From: Candidatus Spongiisociaceae bacterium
Lineage (GTDB): Bacteria; Actinomycetota; Acidimicrobiia; Spongiisociales; Spongiisociaceae
Direction: 5' to 3'
DNA length: 64,000 bases
Assembly (NCBI GenBank): GCA_965262915.1
Contig: OZ253564.1
Coordinates: 2,752,001 to 2,816,000, forward strand
Part shown: piece by piece, positions 49,729 to 62,296 of the stretch
Position numbering within the stretch: position 1 is the stretch's first letter
How the letters are laid out: each line of letters starts with the position of its first letter
Notes under the pieces: model-generated
Databases searched by the model: none
What the model was told of the DNA's origin: nothing
What the model saw: the letters and a program-made list of their open reading frames with translations, nothing else
Program-made: the position numbers and the translations under genes

Positions 49729-50558
49729 GGGCGTGTTCACCTAAAGTTACACTGATGTGATATCATTACGATATGACAATAACACAAGAACAATACCAAC
49801 TCATAGTAGACGTGTTCCCGAAACCCCGCGGTACCGTCAAGGTATCCAACCTCCAAGCCCTCAACGGCATCCTGTACGTACTGGAGCACGGCTGCAAGTG
49901 GCGGGCGCTTCCCGAACGGTTCGGGAACTGGCACACCGTTTACATGCGGATGAGCCGCTGGGCGGCCAGCGGCGTCTTGGACCGGGTGTTCCAGCGTCTA
50001 CAGCAGGAACAGCTCATCGACCTCGAAGTTCTGGGCCTGGACAGCACGTCGGTCAAGGTTCATCCCGACGGCTGTGGTGCTCTCCGAAAGCGGGGTCCCC
50101 AGGCCATCGGTCGCTCCCGGGGAGGGTTGAACACCAAGATCCACATGGTCGCGGCCAGCGCTTGTAGCGCCGTCTTATTCGCTCTTTCCCCAGGTCAGGA
50201 CCATGATGCTCCCCATGGGCGGGAGCTCCTCAAAAAGATGGGCCCACGAAAAAAGGAGCAGGAAGGGGAGCAGCTAGAGCTGTTCCTGGTAGCGGACCGC
50301 GCCTATGAAGGGGACGAAACACGGCAACTGGCCGTCGCTCTGGGCTACACGCCGGTCATCCCACCCCGAAGCAACCGCCGCCACCCGTGGGACTACAACC
50401 GTCCGATATACAAGCGACGGAACGAGGTCGAACGGCTCTTCCGACGGCTCAAAGGCTACCGGCGTGTCTTCACCCGCTACGACAAACTCGACGTGATGTT
50501 CCTAGCATTCATCACCCTCGCGCTCATACACGACACGCTCAGAAACGTGAACACGCCC
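49729..50558 (+). mobile_element. IS5-family element, copy 2 (830 bp, inverted relative to copy 1)
   Basis: Same inverted repeats and TA flanks as 9092-9921. Confidence 0.92.
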
Positions 50559-50561
50559 TAG
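49773..50561 (+). CDS. IS5-family transposase
   Basis: Protein identical to 9089-9877. Confidence 0.95.
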   Translation: MTITQEQYQLIVDVFPKPRGTVKVSNLQALNGILYVLEHGCKWRALPERFGNWHTVYMRMSRWAASGVLDRVFQRLQQEQLIDLEVLGLDSTSVKVHPDGCGALRKRGPQAIGRSRGGLNTKIHMVAASACSAVLFALSPGQDHDAPHGRELLKKMGPRKKEQEGEQLELFLVADRAYEGDETRQLAVALGYTPVIPPRSNRRHPWDYNRPIYKRRNEVERLFRRLKGYRRVFTRYDKLDVMFLAFITLALIHDTLRNVNTP

Positions 50562-50676
50562 TGGGATCGAAGTACAGATACTCCCGTTAAGACCAAATGG
50601 GGATTGCATCGAATAGTGCCAACCGCTCGCCAGGACCGGTTTTGGTGTCACACCTCTCTATCCGTGCCGCGCCCCT

Positions 50677-51831
50677 CTAGCGGCGGAGCAGTTGCTTGAG
50701 CCGCCGAACGGCAGGCGTCCACAGCCACTCGGGCTCGGTAAACCGGCGATGGTTCTCGCCGGGCAACCCCATGGGGTCGTAGTAGCTCTTGTCGGAGTTC
50801 TTGCGCAGGTCGTTCGTTCGCTTCAGCACCCGCAAGTTGGCATAGACCGTCCCCTTGTGGGTCCAGCCCTGCCGCAGGTAGTTCCAGTTGTCGGGCGCCA
50901 GGTGCTGCGCCGCGGTGAAATGCCGCCATGCACGCTCGTTGTCGCCCACCGCCTCGAAGTGCAACGCCAGCTTGAACGTCGCTTCTGCCAGCAGCGTGTC
51001 GTCGTCGACGGGTTTGAGCCGCTCGGCTAGTTCTTTGCTCGACCAGACGTGCTCGCTGTCGGCTCCCCGCTCGATCCAGTCGCGAGTCGCCTGGGCAAAT
51101 GCGTTGTCGCCGACGCGAACCTTGCCGACGCCGAACCTGATGGTGGTCTTAGCCGGGTACACCCCTTCGTTGCTGCGAACGATGCGCCCGTCCTCGTCGA
51201 TCCACGCGGCCGACGGCACGGCCACCCAGCCGAACAGCGAGCTGATCTGGTGTGTCGGGTCCACGACGCACCGGTAGGTCGGCGAGGCCCGGTCAAACCA
51301 CTTGCCCGCAGCCTCGAGGCCCCCCGAGTCCTGCGCCACGCTGATCAGCTCGAACCGGTCCGGACCGATGGATTCGTACAGATCCTGCCAGGCCGGCAGG
51401 CTGATGCGGCATCCTCACCACGATGACCAGGTGAACAGCACAACCTTGCGGCCACGTAAGTCCGACAGCCTCAACGTGTTGCCGTTGCGCTCGGTCACCT
51501 CGAAGTCGGGGGCAATTGCGGATTCCAGCCCGACGCGACGGACTTCGGGCACCGAGCCGAGGCTCCACACGTCGCCGTCGCGCACGTACTTCTGGCCGAT
51601 CATGTCCGCGAAGTCCGAGTAGCAGAACCACACCCAGCCGTCGGCGTCGGCGATCCACGCTTCACGCTTGTTCGCCGGCAGCGGCAGGCACAGCTCGCCC
51701 AGGCACGCGCCTTGCGGCTTCATCTGCCAGCCGGTGGCGCCAGGCAGTTCGTCGATTCGCACCCACAGAGCCCCCGTGGCGTCGGTCCGCTGGGTGACCT
51801 CGTTCGTCTTGCCGTTAGCGAGGATGATCAT
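50677..51831 (-). CDS. Redoxin/AhpC-TSA-fold selenoprotein (Sec at UGA 51415-51417; about 384 aa)
   Basis: ORFs 51415-51897 and 50677-51339 share a frame. Readthrough gives APDFEV...[28 protein letters not shown].LY...FELISVAQD...VP...WIDEDG.IV, then a TPR-like tail. Confidence 0.88.
51384..51400 (-). promoter_or_regulatory. Candidate bacterial SECIS hairpin
   Basis: CCTGCC-GGCCT-GGCAGG at +15 to +31 after the UGA; the loop starts with G. Confidence 0.68.
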
Positions 51832-52939
51832 GATTGCTCCGCGAGAGCCGATTCGCCCGGCTAGGTAAGCGCTTCGCTGTGCGTTATGCCCGAGCATTAC
51901 TGACCGTAGTGCCCACAGGCGACGAAGGCCAGTACGCCGACGGACCGGTCACGACGAACAGCATGGGGCTGGCGCGAAATCATCGAAAGCCGAGGTCAGC
52001 GGCTCGGACCATGAGGGGCTCAGAACGGATCTCACGCGATCCTGGAACGTCTTCTTGGCTGAGGAGCGCAAAAGCACAGGTCAGGGGCATGAACAGCACA
52101 TAGGCTCAGCCGTGCGCATACACGTCGAGCGTCTCTGGATCGCCGTCATGAATGGCTCGTTCCAAGCAGTGGTGCACCTCTGTCGTCGACGTGGGAGGCC
52201 GCCAGTTGATCGACAAAGTGGCGGGTAGAACGGCAGAGAGCGCCGTGTCGTGGTTCCTCGCACAGCCAGCCGATTGGCTCGAGGGGATCCGCTGAGCGGT
52301 GCCGGGTCATGTCCGGTCCGTATCGGAAGGCGTATGACAGGGTGCTACCGGACCCCCTCCAGGTAGGGGATCCGTTCCACGTCATACGCCTCGCCAACCA
52401 GCGTCTCGACGGAGTACGACGCCGGGTCCACAACGAAACCCTCGGCCATAGAGGACGCAAAGGTGACGCGCTCTACGGCATACGCCGCCTCCTCACCGCC
52501 GCTCATGAGAAGATCAGCGACCGCGGTCAAACCCGCTTGCGCGGTTTCCTCGATGCTGGTGACCCCCACGGGGAGGTACGCACGGCCTGGCATGCGAAGG
52601 AAACCGTCCGAGGTATCTACAACATTGAGAGTCCGGTCCTCGCTCTCCAGTACACCCTCCAGCTCGCAGACGACCTCCAACACGAATCCTGCCCACCCGA
52701 GATCAACAAGTTGGGTCGCACCATCGCCTGTTGGACCCCCAGATCACCAACTGGCACATCTCGAAGGTAACCAATGGACCCACCGAAGCTCTCAACAACC
52801 TGATCAAACGAATCAAACGAGCAGCCTTCGGGTTACCCAACTTCGCGAACTACCGAATCCGGGCCCTCCTATATGCGGGGAAACCCAACTGGGACCACCT
52901 CGCATCGGTCACTCCCTACTGAGATCCACTCATAATTAG

Positions 52940-53150
52940 AAGGTTCCTGGGCTAGGGCGGGTCTGACCCAACTGAAATCTGGCCTTGTGCCTTTTCATCG
53001 ATCTGTCGGCCCGTTCCCGGCCTGGGGCGTGACGCCCGTGACCCGGGGCGGATGTGACCTAATAGGAGCCTTCAACTTCTCCACCGTGAGTGGCCTGTCC
53101 AACCGCACACGGGTCCGGGGATCGGAAATGATTCTATCCCCTAGAGGAGA
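52940..53150 (+). ncRNA. Putative bridge RNA of IS110 A
   Basis: About 230-nt non-coding left end homologous to 54570-54760, with segments matching both the target flanks and the element ends. Boundaries are approximate. Confidence 0.75.
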
Positions 53151-53158
53151 AGAGCATC

Positions 53159-54388
53159 ATGGGAGAAGCAGACCAGATTATCTACGGTGGGGTTGACACC
53201 CATCGGGACGTCCACGTAGCAGCGGTGGTGGATGGCGTCGGGCGGGTACTGGGATCGGAGTCTTTCGCGGTGGAGGAATCCGGTTATCGGCGAATGGTCA
53301 CCTGGTTCGAGTCGCGGGGACAGTTGGTTCGGGTTGGGGTGGAAGGAACGGGTAGTTACGGCGCCGGCCTGGCCCGTTACCTGACCGAGATGAACATCGA
53401 GGTGGTGGAGGTCAACCGCCCCAACCGCCAACTACGCCGCCAGAAGGGCGGCAAGACCGACAGCGTCGACGCCGAGGCGGCAGCTCGGGCAGCTGCCTCG
53501 GGCGAAGCAACCGCGGTTCCCAAGTCCGGTGTGGGCCCGGTCGAGTGCATACGGATGCTGTGGGTGGTGCGCCGCTCCGCGGTCAAGGCCCGCACCCAGG
53601 CCGCTAACCAGATACATGCGCTGGTCGTAACAGCTCCCGAGCCGCTAAAACACCAGCTAAAGGGCATGAATCTCAAAGCACGGGTCAAAACCTGTGCCCG
53701 GTTCCGACCCGGCACAGACCACACCACCACCGCGTATGCGAAGCGTGCCCTACAGCATTTGGCCCGCCGGTATCAGGCTCTCGACGTAGAGATCGCCCAA
53801 CTCGAAGCCGAGATCCGGCGTCTCTGCGCCCAGGCCAACCCGGCCCTGCTGGCCACAGAAGGTGTCGGTCCTGACACAGCCGCCGCGTTGTTGGTCGCCG
53901 CCGGCGACAACCCCAAGCGAATGAAATCGGAACGGTCTTTCGCGGCGCTGTGCGGCGCCAGCCCCGTCCAGGCGTCATCAGGACGAACCCTTCGGCATCG
54001 TCTCAACCGGGGCGGCAACCGCCAAGCCAACAACGCGCTATGGCGGATCGCTACCACCCGGATGCGCACCGACGCCGCCACCAAAGCCTACGTGGCACGA
54101 CGCAAGGCCGAGGGCAAGAAGAAAAAGGAGATCATCCGCTGCCTCAAGCGGCACATCGCCCGAGAAATCTACCGGCTCCTCACCAACCCGCACCCAACCC
54201 CGAACTGCGCCCGCCTACGCACCCGACGCCAACAACGCGGCATCACCCTCACCCAGACCGCCCAAGCCGTCGGAACCCACCCCAATCGCATCTCAGCACT
54301 CGAACACGGCCGAGACCACAACCACCACCTCGCCACCCGATACCAGAACTGGCTGCACACCCACCAAACCGCCCCATCATCGATTTGA
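53159..54388 (+). CDS. IS110 DEDD recombinase with C-terminal XRE-like HTH extension
   Basis: GVDTH, VEGTGSYG, KTDSVDA, GVGP, ASSG, NRGGNRQAN, RCLKR, then LRTRRQQRGITLTQTAQAVGTHPNRISALEHG. Confidence 0.93.
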   Translation: MGEADQIIYGGVDTHRDVHVAAVVDGVGRVLGSESFAVEESGYRRMVTWFESRGQLVRVGVEGTGSYGAGLARYLTEMNIEVVEVNRPNRQLRRQKGGKTDSVDAEAAARAAASGEATAVPKSGVGPVECIRMLWVVRRSAVKARTQAANQIHALVVTAPEPLKHQLKGMNLKARVKTCARFRPGTDHTTTAYAKRALQHLARRYQALDVEIAQLEAEIRRLCAQANPALLATEGVGPDTAAALLVAAGDNPKRMKSERSFAALCGASPVQASSGRTLRHRLNRGGNRQANNALWRIATTRMRTDAATKAYVARRKAEGKKKKEIIRCLKRHIAREIYRLLTNPHPTPNCARLRTRRQQRGITLTQTAQAVGTHPNRISALEHGRDHNHHLATRYQNWLHTHQTAPSSI

Positions 54389-54509
54389 CAACCATAGGAG
54401 CATCGATGAGCCGCTTTGGACCGCCTTGTCTGGTACGCCGGGTGGGCCTCCAATCAGGCCCTGCGCGGAAACGTGGGTGTGGTGGGGTGGCATCACTCAT
54501 AATGGGTGG

Positions 54510-54770
54510 TGTCCCATGGGTGGTGTCCGGTTCTTTGGCGGCCGCTGCGCATGGGTGGCCCGGTTGGACCGGGGGCGGGTCTGACCCTGGTGAAATCTGG
54601 CGTGTGGTGCGCCTTTCCAAGGATCTGTCGGCCTGTCCCCGGTCCGGGGGGAGGGTTTTGGCTCGAAGCGGACATGACCTTGTAGGAGCTTTAGCTTGCC
54701 AGCACCGTGAGTGTATTGTCTGCCGTTTTTGGCCGGAACCCCATTTGGAAAGACGGTAGTCCACGGGGAG
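54510..54770 (+). ncRNA. Putative bridge RNA of IS110 B
   Basis: Homologous to the element A leader. CCTTTCCAAGGAT (54612-54624) is the exact reverse complement of its right junction (58805-58817). Confidence 0.75.
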
Positions 54771-55164
54771 GTGGGTCGTGTCAGAGGATGGGGTTGTTGT
54801 TTTCGGTGGGGTTGACACCCATCGGGATTGAACCGTACCGGGTTTGCCGGAGAGTGTTTTAGTTGAGTCCAGCTAGCTGGACTCGTTCCTGTTGTTGATG
54901 GTAGTTGGCCTCCTTTTCTGCTGGTGGGATGTCTCCGATGGGTTCGAGAAGCCGCCGGTGGTTGAACCAGTCGACGTATTCGAGGGTGGCGTACTCGACT
55001 TGGTCGAGGTCCTTCCACGGAGCGCGTTTGTGGATGAGTTCTGTCTTGTACAGGCCGATGACGGATTCGGCGAGGGCGTTGTCGTACGAGTCGCCGACCG
55101 AGCCGACTGATGGTTCGATGCCGGCTTCGGTGAGCCGGTTCGTGTAGCGAATGGACAGATATTG

Positions 55165-57556
<2,392 letters not shown>

Positions 57557-58874
57557 GACTCCATTATCTCCCAACCAATAGAGTCTCCGGGAAACCCGGG
57601 GCGGTTCAGGATACGCATGTGGGGGCGTTGGTGGATAGCGCTGGTCGGCTGCTGGGTTCGGAGTCGTTCTCCGCGGAGGCATCCGGGTATCGGCGTATGG
57701 TCGCCTGGTTCGGGTCGCAGGGTCGGCTGGTTCGGGTCGGGATGGAAGGGACAGGCAGCTACGGCGCCGGCCTGGCTCGCTATCTGACCGCAGCCGGGAT
57801 CGAGGTGGTGGAGGTGAACCGCCCCAACCGGCAACTACGCCGCCAGAAGGGCGGCAAGTCTGACAGCGTCGACGCCGAGGCACCAGCCCGGGCGGCTGCT
57901 AGCGGGGAGGCGGCGGCGGTTCCCAAATCTGGTGATGGGCCGGTTGAGTGCCCTGCGGATGCTGTTGGTGGCCCGCCGCTGGGCGACCAAGGCCCGCACC
58001 CAGGCGGCTAACCAGATCCATTCTGTGATCGTTGGTGCCCCAGAGCCGGTAAAACACCAGCTCAAGGGCCTCAACCTCAGAGCACGAGTAGCGGTTTGTG
58101 CCCGCTGGCGTCCCGGCCAAGCACAGACCACAGCCGCGTACGCGAAGAAGGCTCTACGCCACCTGGCCCGCCGATACCAAACCCTCAACGCTGAGATCAC
58201 CCAACTCGAGAGAGACATCCGCCGTCTCTGCGCCCGGGCGAACCCGGCGTTGTTGGCCGCCACCGGTGTGGGCCCTGACACAGCCGCCGCTCTGCTGGTC
58301 GCCGCCGGCGACAACCCCGGGCGAATGAAAACAGAAGCGTCCTTCGCGGCGCTGTGCGGCACCAGCCCTGTCCAGGCATCATCAGGACAGACCATACGGC
58401 ATCGTCTCAACCGGGGCGGCAACCGCCAAGCCAACAGCGCTGTGGCCGATGCGCTACCACCCGGATACGTACCGACGCTGCCACCAAAGAATATGTGACC
58501 AGACGCCAGGGAGAAGGCAAGAACCGAAAAGAGATCATCCGCTGCCTCAAACGCCACATCGCCCCACAGATCTACCGACTACTCACCAACCCGCCACCAA
58601 CCCCGAACTGCGCCCGCCTACGCAACCAGCGCCAACAAGACGGCATCACCATCACCCAAGCCGCCCAAGCCCTCCGAACCCACACCGCCCGCATCTCAGA
58701 ACTCGAACACGGCCGAGACCACAACCACCAACTCGCCAGCCAATACCACAACTGGCTCCTAACCCACCAACCCGCCCCGTCACCGACTTGACAACCGTAG
58801 GAGCATCCTTGGAAAGGGGGTGAGGCCCAGCTGGAATCGGCGAATAGCCAAGACGCCGATCCAGGGAGGCCTCA

Positions 58875-60068
58875 GTGTCTGATCTCATGTCCGTTCGTCT
58901 GCACCTGTGGGGTGTTCGCGTGAGGGGGGTGGGAGTCGATTCTGTTGACCGCCTCGAGGTCGAAGTGGAATCAACCCGGGAGTGGTCGAGGTGCCCTCAC
59001 TGCGGGTTCAAGTGTCGACGGGTCTGGGACAGGAGACCGAAGAGGGTTCGTGACCTGGAGGTGAGCGGTCGGCGAACGACGTTGGTGTGGCGACGGCGGC
59101 GGTTCGAATGTGGAAACTGTGGTGAGCGGCATCTCGAGGACCATGCCCAGTTCCAGGGTGGGCTGTCTCGGCGGTTCGCCCGCCGGTTGGTCCGGGACGC
59201 CCGGGTGATGTCGATTCGGGCTGTGTCCCGCCATCATGGGGTTGGGTGGCATCGGATCATGGGCCTGGTGAGAGCCCACTCTGAGCGGGTGGCTCAGCGT
59301 CGCCGGGCCGGGCCCACCCGTGTGCTGCTGGTGGACGAAACGTCGATTCGGCGTCGGCATCGGTATGTGACCGTGGTGGCGTGCGGTGACAGCGGCGAGG
59401 TGTTGGCGATGATCCCAGGCCGTACGAAAGCATCGCTGACCAGGCTCTTTAGGGATCAAGGAGCGGACTGGTGCCGGCGGGTGGAGATAGTCGTTTCCGA
59501 CGGGTCCCGCTCATATCAGGCAGCCATCGCGCAGTATCTACCCGACGCTCTTCATGTGTTGGATCGTTTTCATGTGGCGCGCTGGTTCACCGAAGGACTC
59601 ACCCTGGTACGGCGGGAGATACAACGCCGTCCCCCAGATCAGCGGCCCCCAACATACGAACCGGACGTGTTCCGAGCCCGCTTCACCCTCCTGCGCCGGG
59701 CCGGCAATCTCAGCGACGCCCACCAGGAGCACCTAGACCGGCTGTTCGACGCTCATCCCCGTCTCCGTACCGCCTGGGCCGCTCTCCAGGAGCTCTACCG
59801 GATCTACGAAGCCGACGACCTCGACGCGGCCAACGAGGCGCCGGGACGGTTCGCTGATCTCTACGCCACCGTCCAGATCCCCGAATACCGCGAAGTTGTG
59901 GACACGATCATCGCTTGGGGAGAAGAGATCCTAGCCTACCATCTTAGCAGACGAGCATCCAACGGACCCCTCGAGGGGATCAACAATGTCCTCCAGGTCC
60001 TACGAAGAGTCGCTCACGGGTTCACCAACTACGACAACTACGCAGCCCGAGGACTCCTTGTAACATGA
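58875..60068 (+). CDS. ISL3-family transposase
   Basis: CPHCG...C..C zinc finger, VDETS, DRFHV, SNGPLEGINN...AHGF. A hairpin at 58821-58874 covers the RBS. Confidence 0.92.
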   Translation: MSDLMSVRLHLWGVRVRGVGVDSVDRLEVEVESTREWSRCPHCGFKCRRVWDRRPKRVRDLEVSGRRTTLVWRRRRFECGNCGERHLEDHAQFQGGLSRRFARRLVRDARVMSIRAVSRHHGVGWHRIMGLVRAHSERVAQRRRAGPTRVLLVDETSIRRRHRYVTVVACGDSGEVLAMIPGRTKASLTRLFRDQGADWCRRVEIVVSDGSRSYQAAIAQYLPDALHVLDRFHVARWFTEGLTLVRREIQRRPPDQRPPTYEPDVFRARFTLLRRAGNLSDAHQEHLDRLFDAHPRLRTAWAALQELYRIYEADDLDAANEAPGRFADLYATVQIPEYREVVDTIIAWGEEILAYHLSRRASNGPLEGINNVLQVLRRVAHGFTNYDNYAARGLLVT

Positions 60069-60117
60069 CCCCCACACCGAGCACCAGAACAGCCAAAACC
60101 CACGTTTCCGCGCAGCC

Positions 60118-60134
60118 TCCAATCATTTATTGGA
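60118..60134. promoter_or_regulatory. Palindrome, candidate IclR operator
   Basis: TCCAAT-CATTT-ATTGGA, about 30 bp upstream of the IclR gene. Confidence 0.45.
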
Positions 60135-60166
60135 ATAGGCTACTGAGGTATGAAAGAATCACTCCG

Positions 60167-60934
60167 ATGACGGGTGGTGACGCCAGAGCTCAGACAGTTG
60201 TGAGGGCCCTGACCCTTCTTGGACGCTTCTCAGCAGAGGAGCCTGAGCATACAGCCACCGAACTGAGCGTCGCGACGGGGATCACGGTTCCGACAACTCA
60301 TCGGTTGCTGAAGACCTTGGCGTCGAAGTCGTTCTTGGTTTTAGATCCCGAATCCAAGAAATACAGCCTCGGTCCAGCGGTCGTCCAGCTCGCAGGAGCC
60401 GTTCTTGGGCGTGACAACCTACTGGAACTCGTTGACCCCGTTCTTATCGAGCTGCGTCGTGCGTCAGGTGAAACCGCTTCGCTTCACTGGCTCGTTGACA
60501 ACGAGAGAGTGTGCATCGCCGAACGGGCTAGCCATCAGTCGATCCGGATGTCCTCTGGCTTGGGTCGCCGCTACACACTGCACGCTGGTGCCGCCGGGAA
60601 GGTCCTGCTCGCCAGTCTTCCGCCGGCCGAAATGAAGTCTTATCTCGATCGAGGCTACTCCGCCAACACAATCCACACAGCACGAATTGAGCTGGAGGAG
60701 GACCTGGCAGCAATTCACGCCAAACGTTACGCGCTGAGCCAAGGGGAAGTGGTAAAGGGCGCAGCCGCAATCGCTGCACCGATCAGGGATTCCTCCGGAT
60801 ACCCGATCGCCGGCATCAATGTCACGGGTCCGAGCGATCGCTGGACTAGAGAGACGATGGAGTCATTCGCGCTGCAGATCCTCTCTTCAGTCGAGGCAAT
60901 CGAGCACCAGAGCGGCCACGCCGACAATGTCTAA
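60167..60934 (+). CDS. IclR family transcriptional regulator
   Basis: TVVRALTLL, TTHRLLKTL, YSLGP, GETASL, AGKVLLA, IAAPI, GP..R. Confidence 0.93.
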   Translation: MTGGDARAQTVVRALTLLGRFSAEEPEHTATELSVATGITVPTTHRLLKTLASKSFLVLDPESKKYSLGPAVVQLAGAVLGRDNLLELVDPVLIELRRASGETASLHWLVDNERVCIAERASHQSIRMSSGLGRRYTLHAGAAGKVLLASLPPAEMKSYLDRGYSANTIHTARIELEEDLAAIHAKRYALSQGEVVKGAAAIAAPIRDSSGYPIAGINVTGPSDRWTRETMESFALQILSSVEAIEHQSGHADNV

Positions 60935-60996
60935 TGCGCAATGCGGTGGACGCTGTTTTCTGATTGACGGGTGGTCGTCGCCTGCCGGTATGACTG

Positions 60997-62187
60997 ATGA
61001 ATAGTCAACGGGTTTATGTGTTGGCATGGGCACGGACTCCTTTCGGCCGCTTCGGTGGAGTACTCGCAGACGTCAGACTCCCCGTCCTAGGAGCAGTGCC
61101 AGTAAAGGAGTGTCTGCGACGGGCCGCACTTGATGGCGGGGATGTCGACGAAGTTGTTTTCGGAGTCAACTTCCCGGGTTCGGAGAGATCTGTTGCCAGG
61201 CAAGTGGCCTTGCGCAGTGGGTTGCCGGACGAGTGCAACGCCCTGACAGTCGACCGCGCCTGTTGTTCGTCCATGACAGCTGTAACGGTTGCATCCCGCG
61301 GCCTACGAATCGGAGACACAGGGATTGCTATTGCGGGAGGAGTCGACAGTCTCAGCCGGGTTCCGTACTTCATCGAGGACATGCGTTTTGGAAGCCGCCG
61401 GGGCAATGTTCAACTCGAGGATCAACTCGTGATCTCCTGTCCTCATACTGGTGCTGCTCGAGCAATTCAAGCTTCCATGGAAGCGAAGGAGTTTGGGGTG
61501 GACAGGAGAGCCCAGGACGATTGGGCGCTTCGCAGCCAAGCAAGATATGAGCGTGCACGTGTCGCGGGCCTCCTCGACTCGGAAGTGACACCGGTGGACG
61601 TCTTGGACCGAAGTGGGAACCAAGTGAGCCTGCATGATGACGAGGTTCCCCGACCGGATTCGACCCTCGACGACCTTTCAGCTCTGCCGACCGTCAATGG
61701 AAGTGAAACTGTTACCGCTGGGAACGCTCCAAACATGAGCACCGGGGCTTCCGCATTGTTGCTCAGCAAAGACCAAGTTCTGACAGCCGTTGGAGCCACG
61801 GTGACGCTGGAGGCATGGACCCAGGTGTCAGGGGATCCAGCTCGCATCGCATCGATCCCCGCCCGGGCCGTAGCTGAGTGTCTGTCACATGCGGGGCTCG
61901 ATGTTGACTCCGTCGATGTCATAGAAATCAACGAAGCGTTCGCGGCAGTACCATTGGTCTCAAGCTTGGTCCTTGCCGAGGGCGACTCCTCAAGAGCCTC
62001 TCGACTTCAAGAGAAGGTCAATGTCAACGGTGGAGCTATTGCCGTTGGCCACCCAACTGGAGCCTCTGCTGGGCGGTTGATAATGGCCGCTGCAGGTGAG
62101 CTAATCCGGAGGGGAGGAGGAGTCGGCGTGACCGCGATATGTGGAGGGATTGGCGAGGCGGAGGCGCTTCTGGTACGCGTCTCTTGA
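60997..62187 (+). CDS. Thiolase family acyltransferase
   Basis: RTPFG, DRACCSS, TAGNA, EINEAFA, NVNGGAIAVGHPTGASA, ICGG.G. Confidence 0.93.
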   Translation: MNSQRVYVLAWARTPFGRFGGVLADVRLPVLGAVPVKECLRRAALDGGDVDEVVFGVNFPGSERSVARQVALRSGLPDECNALTVDRACCSSMTAVTVASRGLRIGDTGIAIAGGVDSLSRVPYFIEDMRFGSRRGNVQLEDQLVISCPHTGAARAIQASMEAKEFGVDRRAQDDWALRSQARYERARVAGLLDSEVTPVDVLDRSGNQVSLHDDEVPRPDSTLDDLSALPTVNGSETVTAGNAPNMSTGASALLLSKDQVLTAVGATVTLEAWTQVSGDPARIASIPARAVAECLSHAGLDVDSVDVIEINEAFAAVPLVSSLVLAEGDSSRASRLQEKVNVNGGAIAVGHPTGASAGRLIMAAAGELIRRGGGVGVTAICGGIGEAEALLVRVS

Positions 62188-62226
62188 TTTCGCAGCTAGC
62201 GCCCTAATCCTGAGGACTAGTCACGC

Positions 62227-62255
62227 TTGACTTGTCTCACATATTGGTGTAGGAT
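62227..62255 (+). promoter_or_regulatory. Sigma70-type promoter
   Basis: TTGACT-N17-TAGGAT upstream of the SBP gene. Confidence 0.6.
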
Positions 62256-62296
62256 TCTAAGGTTCGATGAACGCGTTAGATTGGAAGGAGATACTG

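Larger units (their letters stand above)
52928..54404 (+). mobile_element. IS110-family element A (intact)
   Basis: Left end ACTCATAAT and right end TTGACAACCATAGGAGCATC are shared with element B; no terminal inverted repeats. Confidence 0.88.
52165..54412 (+). mobile_element. Degraded ISL3 remnant (3' half); its right end is split by IS110 copy A
   Basis: MSGPYRK, DPFHVIRLAN, TNGPTEALNNLIKRIKRAAFG with a stop and frameshifts. The terminus reconstitutes as ...CTACTGAGATC(C)GATGAGCC. Confidence 0.8.

Noticed and set aside
52293-52295. In-frame TGA in the ISL3 remnant as a third selenocysteine
   Set aside because: The position corresponds to Trp (IRW) in a frameshifted transposase relic with no redox motif, so it is a simple nonsense change.
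54502-54528. ATGGGTGGTGTCC duplication in the IS110 B leader
   Set aside because: There are only two copies, absent from element A and outside the conserved scaffold; probably a local slippage duplication.
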